Below, one piece after another: positions 48,557 to 59,844 of a DNA stretch of 59,844 nucleotides. The position numbers and the translations under genes are program-made. Each line of letters starts with the position of its first letter. Positions within the stretch are counted from its first letter, which is position 1. Source of the DNA: Priapulus caudatus (taxonomy: Eukaryota); NCBI RefSeq assembly GCF_000485595.1, contig NW_014577065.1:866057-925900 (forward strand), written 5' to 3'. The notes under the pieces were generated by a model. It was not told the DNA's origin and ran no database searches. It saw only the letters and a program-made list of their open reading frames with translations.

Positions 48557-48632
<76 letters not shown>
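48230..48632. repeat. (GA)n microsatellite cluster
   Basis: Visible directly in the sequence. Confidence 0.9.
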
Positions 48633-48634
<2 letters not shown>

Positions 48635-49689
48635 GTGATGGCGAGGGCTAGGCTAGCGGCCCGCGTCTCGGCGTGATGAATGCACCATGTTTAGCACGCA
48701 CACACGCGGCGAAATTGCGAAATCGTTGAAAAGGAAATGCGAAGGGATGACGAGGGAGTGAGCGTATGGGAGAGAGAACGGGAAAAAGAAAGAGAGGGCG
48801 CCAGAGAGAGGGAAAGGGAGATAGATCGTGGGAGACAAAGTCAGGGAGATAGAGAGAGAGAGAAAGTGGTTAGAAAAAATGAGAAGGTAGAAAAGAAGGA
48901 AATGTATCAAGACGTGGAAGTTGAGAAGGAATCGAGAGGTGGAAAAAAAGGAGGCAGACAAGAGAGAAAGAAATGGGGCATGCAAAAGAGAAAGAAGGAA
49001 GAGGAAGTCGTGACGTGCAGTGACACGCTGGTTTGCATACTAAATTAGCAAGAATGTCAGATGTCGTGGGCCGCCACCTACCACCGCTGCGAACCTGCCG
49101 AATGTTTAAGAAAGATCTTAGCTTGTAGTTGGCTATTTACCCCACATCTAGAACGTTAATATTGACATGCCAGCTGCCCGCACCGGGTTTGAAGGCAATT
49201 GATCGACCTTATTACTGGCAGGCAGGCTAGATAGAAATTTACGGGGAGGTGGGGTTTACGTGTAGGCACATAATGCACACTTTTTGATCGCGCGCGATGC
49301 AAGGAAGCCACACGTGTGTGAGTAATAATAATAATATATATATATATATATTATCAGGAGTAGATAATAGGGATACTCCTGATATATATACAAGGAGAGA
49401 TATCGGGAAATTTGCGTTCAGTTAACATATATATATATCACGCACTTTCTTTTCCTCCTACGCAACGCCATATTCTGTCTGGCGCGTGAACAAATGTCGA
49501 ATGTAATCTGCAGCGCTTCGTGCAGCGCCACGAAACAAGAATACAGATGCGAATAAACATCTTATAGTTTGACTTGTCGTGCGACTGCCCTCGTGCCACA
49601 CGTACCGGCTTCATGCGCGTGATCTGCGAAATGCAAATGCCAGATGCACAGCGCATAACCGCTCACGCCTGTTGCGTTGATTAGGTCAT

Positions 49690-49693
49690 CGCT

Positions 49694-49728
<35 letters not shown>

Positions 49729-50773
49729 TGTCCTTGTTGCCGTAGTCGTCGTCGTTTTTGTCGTCGTCGTCCTTGTTGCCGTCGTCGTTGTCCTTGTTGC
49801 AGTAGTCGTCGTCGTTGTCGTCGTCGTCGTCCTTGTTGCCGTCGTCGTTGTCCTTGTTGCAGTAGTCGTCGTCGTTGTNNNNNNNNNNNNNNNNNNNNNN
49901 NNNNNNNNNNNNNNNNNNNNNNNNNNNNNNNNNNNNNNNNNNNNNNNNNNNNNNNNNNNNNNNNNNNNNNNNNNNNNNNNNNNNNNNNNNNNNNNNNNNN
50001 NNNNNNNNNNNNNNNNNNNNNNNNNNNNNNNNNNNNNNNNNNNNNNNNNNNNNNNNNNNNNNNNNNNNNNNNNNNNNNNNNNNNNNNNNNNNNNNNNNNN
50101 NNNNNNNNNNNNNNNNNNNNNNNNNNNNNNNNNNNNNNNNNNNNNNNNNNNNNNNNNNNNNNNNNNNNNNNNNNNNNNNNNNNNNNNNNNNNNNNNNNNN
50201 NNNNNNNNNNNNNNNNNNNNNNNNNNNNNNNNNNNNNNNNNNNNNNNNNNNNNNNNNNNNNNNNNNNNNNNNNNNNNNNNNNNNNNNNNNNNNNNNNNNN
50301 NNNNNNNNNNNNNNNNNNNNNNNNNNNNNNNNNNNNNNNNNNNNNNNNNNNNNNNNNNNNNNNNNNNNNNNNNNNNNNNNNNNNNNNNNNNNNNNNNNNN
50401 NNNNNNNNNNNNNNNNNNNNNNNNNNNNNNNNNNNNNNNNNNNNNNNNNNNNNNNNNNNNNNNNNNNNNNNNNNNNNNNNNNNNNNNNNNNNNNNNNNNN
50501 NNNNNNNNNNNNNNNNNNNNNNNNNNNNNNNNNNNNNNNNNNNNNNNNNNNNNNNNNNNNNNNNNNNNNNNNNNNNNNNNNNNNNNNNNNNNNNNNNNNN
50601 NNNNNNNNNNNNNNNNNNNNNNNNNNNNNNNNNNNNNNNNNNNNNNNNNNNNNNNNNNNNNNNNNNNNNNNNNNNNNNNNNNNNNNNNNNNNNNNNNNNN
50701 NNNNNNNNNNNNNNNNNNNNNNNNNNNNNNNNNNNNNNNNNNNNNNNNNNNNNNNNNNNNNNNNNNNNNNNNN

Positions 50774-50805
<32 letters not shown>

Positions 50806-51068
50806 TGTCCTTGTTGCAGTAGTCGTCGTCGTTGTCGTCGTCGTCGTCCTTGTTGCCCTAGTCGTCGTCGTTTTTGTCGTCATTATCGCCGTAGTCGTAG
50901 TCGTCGTCGTTCTTGTCGCTGTAGTCGTCGTCCTTGTAGTTGTTATCATCGTCGTCATCGCTGTTGTTGTCTCTACCGCCATTGTAGTCGTTAGTGTCGT
51001 CGTTGCTGTCATCAACCTCGCTGTTGTCACCACCGCCGTGATCGTCGCAGATGCCATCGTCGTCATCG

Positions 51069-51121
<53 letters not shown>

Positions 51122-51180
51122 ATCGTAATTGTTGTTGTCATTCTCATTGTTTTTATCACCAGCGTCATTGTCAGCGTTCA
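49690..51180. repeat. (GTC/GTT)n-based compound trinucleotide repeat spanning an N gap
   Basis: Higher-order unit GTCGTCGTTGTCCTTGTTGCAGTAGTC; Ns at 49879-50773. Confidence 0.9.
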
Positions 51181-52178
51181 GCTGTCTTCAATGCCTCATT
51201 CGCCATCGTTTCCATCGTCGTCGCCGTGAAGTCATCTTCTTACTGTGTGTATGCTACTACTGTCTTGTGCAAGGCGAACAGAAACATCTATAACACCTAT
51301 CTAATAATAAATAAATAAATGAATGGATGTAAATATATATGTATATATGTGTACAAATATAAACGCAGACGAAGAATTGCCGACTGAAATCTCACTCCTC
51401 GCATCGCACTCCTCCGGATTCGGTGAAATCACATCACTATAGACATTGTTTGCTATAGCGTCTGCTGCCGGCTGCTCTTGCTTTCACGGACGCTGCGTGG
51501 TGACAAGTATCAGGTGTGATCCGGCAACGCACGGCGCCGAGCAAAATACATGGAAAATCGCGCGTAATTCCTCGAAATCAGTATCCCTCCGTAACTTGAT
51601 AGGCGGAGACGTCGTCGCCCGCACTCGCTCACCTATCACTCACGTACTCACTCACTCCCTTCACTCGCGCACACGAGGCGTTCGATGAATCTCGGCAGTC
51701 TTCATCGTGTGCTTGCTGCTGATGCTTGCTCCCCTCCCCCTCCCCCCGCGCGCGCGCCGATGACAAATTGCGTATCTCTGATTGGGAACGACCGTCCCCC
51801 ATTGTTAGCGTCAAATTGGCGAGTGCAAATTTTTTTTCACACACAGCTCCAGTTATTCGCGCAGGTGATTACGGGCCTGCCCGCCCGTATGGCAGGCCGC
51901 GATGTATTATTCATGGCAGAGGAAAGGGTTAAAATTGGGAAAAATTAGGTTAAGAGTTTCGGATTATCCGGGCTTGATTTCCAGGCATAATTACAGATGG
52001 TATTATGTATTCAAATTGGGTATTGATGTCCGCAATCAGAGAGGAAAGGGTTACAATGCGGGGTGTGGAGCATGATTCCGCCGCAAATTGCAGAGAATAT
52101 GCCCAGAATTCGCGTCGCGCCCCCGCAGGCTTCAATACGTGAAATCAGCGCTATTTCTCGGGCGAAGGCTTCGTTTTT

Positions 52179-52213
<35 letters not shown>

Positions 52214-52737
52214 CTCTGCGAATTCGCAGTCGCGGTGAGCGCGGGTAACAGCGTAGAAAGAGACAAATCGCGACGAATGATGTGCCGAGTTCAGAGCTCA
52301 TCAGGGCACCGTGCGCCGGCACAATGCGAGGTGATGACTATGTTTTCGGGCGCGCGCGAAATTGGATTTCGTGGGAAATTTCACGCGGATCGGAAAGCTG
52401 ACGCTGACAGCACATGCACGCACGCGCACACACGCGCGCGCACGCATCGCGCGCGTCAGCTCTCGCGGACATTTCAAGCTGCTTGTCGCGCGCACGTCGC
52501 CGGATTACTACGATTTAAAGTCAAAGCTAATGTGAAAATAATGCTGCCACGCGACTGAGCTTTAATTATCATGCCCGAGCTACGCGGGCAGGCGAGCTGG
52601 GTGAGAGCAAGGCTGAGATGGGGACGCGGAACCGACTCGGCCCTGACTGACACTTTCGTGAATCGCTTGTCTCGCGCGCTCACGCACATGACGTGTGATA
52701 GCCGAGTGTCAACGTCAGCAATGTGTGCGCTCCGCTA

Positions 52738-53310
52738 CGGAGGCAATGCCACATTGTATATACTTACGGATGTATCGTGGGATGGCGGATGCAATGCCAC
52801 ATTGTATATAGTCACGATGTATCGTGGATGCGATGCAATGCCAACATTGTAATATACTGTACGGATTATCGGGATGCGGAGGCAATGCCACCAATTGTAT
52901 ATAGTCACGGATTATCGTGGATGGCGGAGGCAATGCACATTTGTAATACTGTACGCTGTATCGTGGGATGGCGGAGGTCAATGCCACATTGTAATAGTAC
53001 TTACGATTATCGTGGGATGGCTCCGAGGCAATGTCACAATTGTAAATACTTACGGAGTATCGTGGGAATGGGTGGCAATGTCCATTGTATATACTACGGA
53101 TTGTATCGGGATGGCGGAGGCAATGTCACATTGTATATACTTACGGATGTATCGTGGGATGGCGGCGGCAATGTCACATTGTATATACTTACGGATGTAT
53201 CGCGAGCTGGCGGAGGCAATGCCACATTGTACATACTCACGGAAGTAGCGTGGGATGGCAGAGACAATGTAACACTTCTGGCTTACGGATGCAGTGTATG
53301 ATGGTCGAGG
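52738..53310. repeat. About 48-bp minisatellite, about 12 copies
   Basis: Unit GGCGGAGGCAATGCCACATTGTATATACTTACGGATGTATCGTGGGAT. Confidence 0.92.
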
Positions 53311-54405
53311 CATTGCCATACTCACATTCATTGACCACTCATCTAATCAACAATAATACAGCTTCACTTGTTGCATCACTGCAGTGCCTTACTGCTGGCA
53401 CCCCTCTCCTGTTCTGCGGAGAAAAAGCAAGGAACCCCGGAATTTCATTAAATTTTAACTTCTCCCATGACATGTTTGCCACGTACATGTAAACCGTCAA
53501 CAAGAATAATGTATATAATCCCATCAATAACTCATTACTAACAATCACGGAGGCGCTCGGGCGCTGTGAGTTAAGCCTCCTTCATCCGTCACCTAATTGT
53601 CATCTTTCCAGCATCCGCCACAAGATCGTTACTAAGGCGACCAGTCGGCACTGATTAGCACGCGCCGCGTCCTTGTAACTTTAACCAACGCTGCGTTTCT
53701 CACTTGTCTTCGAGTAAATTCACTTTAATGACGGCAATGATGCCGAGTGTAGCCATTACCATTTGCTACATTGTCAGCCGACGGCTGGGTTAATGTTAAT
53801 GCCAGCCGCGCGTGCATGACCGTGTTGCAGCCAGCGATGGGCCATTGAGGCGGGCTGCGTGGGGGTGGGTGCATGGAAGGGCGTTGTCTCGTAATCGTAG
53901 GGATTGTTCGCACAAGGAGCTCTCCGCACAGCGGGGAGGAAAAGGCTTTCCCCTCCTGCGGGTCCTTCGCACGGCGGGAGGGGTGCCCTCCGCTCGCGAC
54001 CCTACTTCCTCGTCGACGCCCTGGTTTCGCTGCGCTAGATCGCGCGAGGTAAAAATACGTAGAGAGTACGTTGCGATTAAAATTATCGGCAAGCATGATC
54101 GCTATTAGTCAGAGGCTTTCGCTTTTTACCAGCCGGAGCCTATCAACAGCGAAATATCGCCATTCTAGATCTGTTAAACAACGAGCTACTGTGCAGCGCG
54201 GTCCTTACTATCGAATATGCCAATATGTTGTAAGAAAATGTGTGGGTATGTTTGCGTTTTTTCATGCGGCTTAACATTTTCACGTCGTATGTATAGACCT
54301 AGATATTTTTCAATGTCGGGGTTTAGTATTAATATCCTACCGCTCTACGGGAAATTCTATAGCTGACTCATAAATCATTTATAAGCGATCTCTCATTTTT
54401 GCTCA

Positions 54406-55045
<640 letters not shown>

Positions 55046-56719
55046 CGTGTGTTTGTTCGCCTCACCTTCCTGCACATATCCCTCCCTCCCGCTCTTCCTT
55101 TCTCCATCATCCCTCCATCTGAGTGGGTTTGGGTGACGCCTAGCAGTCTCTGACTTTGCTACATAACAGTAATCGCTTATATGTTTCACTCCATTGTCAT
55201 GGAAATGCAGGAATGGCCCATGCATGCATATGAGCGTGGCTGTGTAGGGTTTAAATGAAATTTAAATGGGTCGTTTTACCTGCAAGCGCAATTTGCGCAA
55301 ATTTGGATTTTAGTTGCAAATCTTCGGCTTAAAGGCCAAATTAATATATTCGACAATAAATACACTTTATTTCGTTTAAAAAGCAAATTGAATACTGGAA
55401 ACGGGCAAGTTGCTTGACCTCTAACGGGTGATCACAAAAGGTCTGTTATCGGTTAGTTGTGCACAGAAAACAACAGCAATGTTATAGAAGTAAAGGAGGT
55501 TGGGCTTAACATCATCATTGCTACACATTCGCCGCTGTGTCGTTTCCTCGAAGATTAACAAAACTGTGCAAAGGAGTATTGTAGGATAATTTGTCGCTGA
55601 AAAAATACGTCAACACTAATAATAGGTTGTTTAAATTCAATAATTGCGTTTATTCTATACATAACAGACCTTCAATTGGGATTTTCGATCACAAATAAGG
55701 TATATAGACGCGAGACGCCGTGTATATACGTGGTGTACGGATACTCAACACTATACCCACGATTTCATCAAAACTTTTATATGCATCGTCTCACAGATGA
55801 AGCCATTCTTAGTTTTAATTCGCATTGGTCGTGCAAGGGTATGACTGCGCATTCGCAACTGAGATTGTGCGTGGCTGCGTCTGTGTCTGTGTTTGTGTAT
55901 CTACGCACGCGCGTATGTGTGTAGATGTCTCAATTACTCACCTCCGTGCATGTTCTGCGCACAATATCGTTTATGTTATTTAAATTATTCACACTCATGT
56001 ATGGGAAGACTCTTGAGTAAGGTGTCGATGCATTATTTATGGGCTGCCTGACGTCGCTTTACACGGGGGGCGACGCAGCGACAGGCTCTCTGCCCACATG
56101 CCTGGCCGCGATAGTGCCCCGCTGTAAGCTCACGTATATTATGCTCGTATAAGCTGCTATTATACGCGCGTATACACAATTATATAACATATACCCGCAT
56201 TTGTTTAGAAATCAAGTAGCGGATGTAATTGTCTGCATTTTCCCCAGCCGCTGCTATGCAGGTCGCGAGGCGTGATTGTCATACTATCTCACGCATAGTC
56301 GTCGTGACAATTACCCTACACACGGCGTTTCTTGTCGTCCGGCCAGTGTGACGGATGCGGGTAAAGAGCCGAGGCGGGCTGTGTTCAGCGTTCATGTACA
56401 TACATACATACCAACCATAGAAATAATATAGGTAGACGCTAGGTAATATAGGTGTCGCTATTATATTTCTATGATACCAACATACACCGCGCTATAGCCC
56501 CGGCCAGAATAAGCACACAACATGTGCGTGGGCGCGCTCGGCACATGTTGAATAGACGTAATAATTCGTAGCTGAATGTTGTCCAGAGCGTGCGTTGAGC
56601 AAAAGTTAATTCCTCTTACCTCTATGCAGTGGAAACCACTACTCGCTGCGCGGTTTCCATCGTAAATGTGGGGCGAGAAGAAGGGGTGAGCGGGAACGGA
56701 GAGCGCGCGCAGATAATGT

Positions 56720-56784
56720 GAGAGAATGCGAGAGAACGAGAGAGAGCGGGAAAGAGAACAGACGAGAGAGAAAGTGAGAAAGAA

Positions 56785-56829
<45 letters not shown>

Positions 56830-56905
56830 AAGAGAGAGAGAGAGAAAGAGAATGCAAGAGAGAAAGAGAGAGAGAGCAGGAATAAGAGACAGAGAGAGCA
56901 AAGGA

Positions 56906-56965
<60 letters not shown>

Positions 56966-56966
56966 G

Positions 56967-57055
<89 letters not shown>
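56720..57055. repeat. (GA)n microsatellite
   Basis: Visible directly in the sequence. Confidence 0.95.
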
Positions 57056-57059
<4 letters not shown>

Positions 57060-57679
57060 CTATGAACACGAACACACCAATATATGCTTGGTTCACGCAC
57101 CGTTTATCGCCGAAGTGGCGACTGACAGCGCGGCAAGGCGAGTTGCTAAAATATATTTCTTACATATGGTAATCGCGTGGCGTGTATATGAAATTTCATT
57201 TCACAGTAATCAAAACACAACGCATTGTTCGGTCTCGTAAGCATTTTGTCAGAGCGGGCGGTGTGAATGGGCGCCCATGACATCGTCGCGTCGCCTCGCA
57301 TAATCAACGGCCGTGGATTATTAGAATAGGTTATGAATTTTAATAACCTGCCATGTTGTTATTACACAGCGTGCTGAATGGGTTAATGGAACTTTTGACC
57401 CACATGCAAATGGCTTGCAGTGTAGTGGTTATCGTGGGCGGTGTGGGTTGGCTTTTCTGGAGGGCGGGGGGTTCCGGTCTTTGACCCTCGAACCGCATCG
57501 CTGGACCTTTGTCGTGTTAAATGAGATGACTTCGTTATATAGCGGTATATTACTACGATTTTATTTTACGATTTTTATTTTTACATTTATTTCTTATATT
57601 TACGATAATTATTACGAGCTTGTTAGAAGCCACTTAATCGTAGCTAACTGATCAGCTGCTGCATTGTGCTTTGCTGCTC

Positions 57680-57862
57680 GGCCAAAGTGGGTGCCAGAAA
57701 CAGTATTCTAAAGAAGTTGGCCACTACTAGATGGGGAACAGACGCCGGGACAATCAGAACCACTACTATCGCCCTGTGCTACTCTGCGGCTGAGTATGCG
57801 TGCCCTGTCTGGAGTAGGTCGCCCCATGCTGCAAAAATTGACCCAGTTCTGAACATTGCTTG
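57680..57862 (+). mobile_element. Non-LTR retrotransposon RT C-terminal fragment (I group, Ingi/Vingi-like)
   Basis: KVGARNSILKKLATTRWGTDAGTIRTTTIALCYSAAEYACPVWSRS..KIDPVLN matches the thumb-region motif of these LINEs as I recall it; interrupted at 57863. Confidence 0.8.
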
Positions 57863-59844
57863 TGTAATGAACCTAATTCAGCCATACTTATTTATAAGAA
57901 TTTACACCTCGTCACTACTTGTGCTAACTCCGGAACCCGCAGATTCCCGTGGTACCCGCTCACACCGGTACTCCGTGCCCGCGCGCTGCAGGTTCCGGTG
58001 GTGAAGCGGGTGGGTAGTGCTGTGCTAACACCGTGGATTCAGACTACAACAAATACGACCACACTCAATCAATCGACTCTAACCGTGGAAAACACCTCCA
58101 GCATCAGCCACTACGTTGCTGTTGAGTATTATCCGTATGACTCGCGACCTCGCATCGTGCGTTGCATTATAACGCTCACGATGTCTAATCGTGTCTACTC
58201 TTCCACCAAGTCCTTACCACAGCAACAACTATGGAAAGGAATATCGTTGGCTCAGCTCCCGAGATGGTCATGATCTCCACCGCCCTAGAGGCAGCCAACG
58301 CAGCAGCCACCCTTGCGAGGAGCGGCACCCGAGAAGGGTAGGAGCCATCACAAGAGGCAGTGACAATGGCTCACACCTACACCAACTTCGTGTGGAAGGC
58401 GATCGACTCCTCATTCCAGTCCACAGCGCAGGGAAATGCCAGAAACACCATCAGCACCATCGTTCCTGAAACTCCCTCGACCGACACCCTGGAGATCGTT
58501 TCCGTCGCCGACATCACCGTCGCCGACGTCACCATCGCCGACATCGCCACCGCCACCAACCACCTCGACTTCGCCACTGACACCACCCCAACCATCAGGA
58601 CCGACTCAACCCGCCAGTGTCAGCAGGGCCGACTCTTGACGATTGCCGACAGCCGCCGCCGCCGAGCAGCCAGGAAAACACAAGCTCCAGGAAGACCAGT
58701 ACTCGCTGTTTCCCCGATGCCACGTTCCACCACACCTACCCCTCCCGCGACGCCCTCACCTCAGTCCCAGACGGAGCCAACCACGGAGATACCCACGGAG
58801 CCAACCACGGAGATACCCACGGAGCCAACCACGGAGATACCCACGGAGCCAACCACGGAGATAACCACGGAGATACTCACGGAGCCAACCACGGAGATAC
58901 CCACGGAGATACCCACGGAGCCAACCACGGAGATACCCACGGATCCAGCCACGGAGATGCACCCACTGACACAACTGAGGACAACGGACATCGGACGACG
59001 CATTAATTAAGGACTAGTAGTAGCTTATAGTTAATTGTTTTTTTAACTCTAGTTTTTTAGCAAGGGTCAGCACACACTATTTACTCAACAAAAATTCTCA
59101 AAAAACAAAACCAAATATAAAATAAAAAGAAAGAAAGAAATATTAAGATAATAAAAATTTACAACATCGAATTGAGCAACATTTTTTTTAATGAAATAAA
59201 TACTAGGGTAGATAAACGTACAAATAACACTAACCTCCAAGTTGTTCGCCGGAAAATAACAGCTCACAACTTTTCATAGGTAGGGGTAATGTAATGAAGC
59301 TAATTCAGCCATACCTATTTATAAGAATTTACACCGGCAGATTCATTGACAGGGACTTGCCTCGGGCAACTAATCACTCACCCGCCTCATTAGTGCCAAG
59401 GCAGTGGGACAGTGGTCACTTTCCCCTATCAAAAGTAAAGAAAGACCTCCAGGTTAGGTGGACGAAACGCGTGACATACTTAAGTCACGTGGTTCGGAGA
59501 AAATAGTATAAAAAGTCCCGCTTTAGAACAGAAAGTCAGAGTCACCATCGCTAGATGTGAGTATGGTTTGATTTGCATTGACTTGTTGTTTTGCTCTGTA
59601 TTCGTTGTTAAACTACTTTGAGACTGTTAAACTACTTTGGGACTGTGTAAACTATGTTGAAAGTTTGTGTATGTGCTGTGTGTTGTGTGTTCCTTGTTTA
59701 GTTAAGGCGACGAAATTGTACGCGACATTGCCCCTAGAGGGATTATAATAATTGTGGATTGCTTGGTAAAGGAGTAAATAGAACTAGTGTTGTACGTTAC
59801 ATATTGTTTCTGTCATACCTTATTCACGTTCTCTCTATTAATCA
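57863..59844 (+). mobile_element. Internally deleted LTR retroelement: 5' LTR stub at 57863-57908, 3' LTR from 59290
   Basis: TGTAATGAA.CTAATTCAGCCATAC.TATTTATAAGAATTTACACC occurs at both 57863 and 59290. The second copy follows a purine tract AGGTAGGGGTAA and contains TATAAAA at about 59506. Confidence 0.75.
58360..59010 (+). other. 216-aa ORF with (TEPTTEIP)n repeats inside the LTR element
   Basis: From the ORF track; 24-bp tandem unit ACGGAGCCAACCACGGAGATACCC at 58771-58960. Confidence 0.45.

Overview
This is eukaryotic (animal) genomic DNA from a draft assembly with four N-gaps. The intron sizes and repeat content suggest a marine invertebrate, but that is inference. The + strand carries a complete AHI1/jouberin gene, a ciliary transition-zone protein. 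I reconstructed 29 coding exons by hand (1215-36094, about 1226 aa, all phases consistent): Lys-rich N-terminus, conserved C2-like region, WD40 repeats, SH3. Its 10.3-kb intron 11 (8360-18683) contains a complete antisense 8-exon cytochrome P450 of clan-2 type (13004-9307, about 492 aa). This P450 has an intact heme motif, atypical C- and I-helix motifs and a probable GC-AG intron. Two AHI1 exons lie in a 1.9-kb block that is present twice, either a real duplication or an uncollapsed haplotype. Two other exons have duplicated, out-of-frame 3' splice sites. Downstream of 36 kb there is a candidate first exon of another gene, then about 20 kb without recognisable coding sequence. That stretch holds MITEs, micro- and minisatellites, a LINE RT fragment and a deleted LTR element. 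There are no prokaryotic features or CRISPR arrays.
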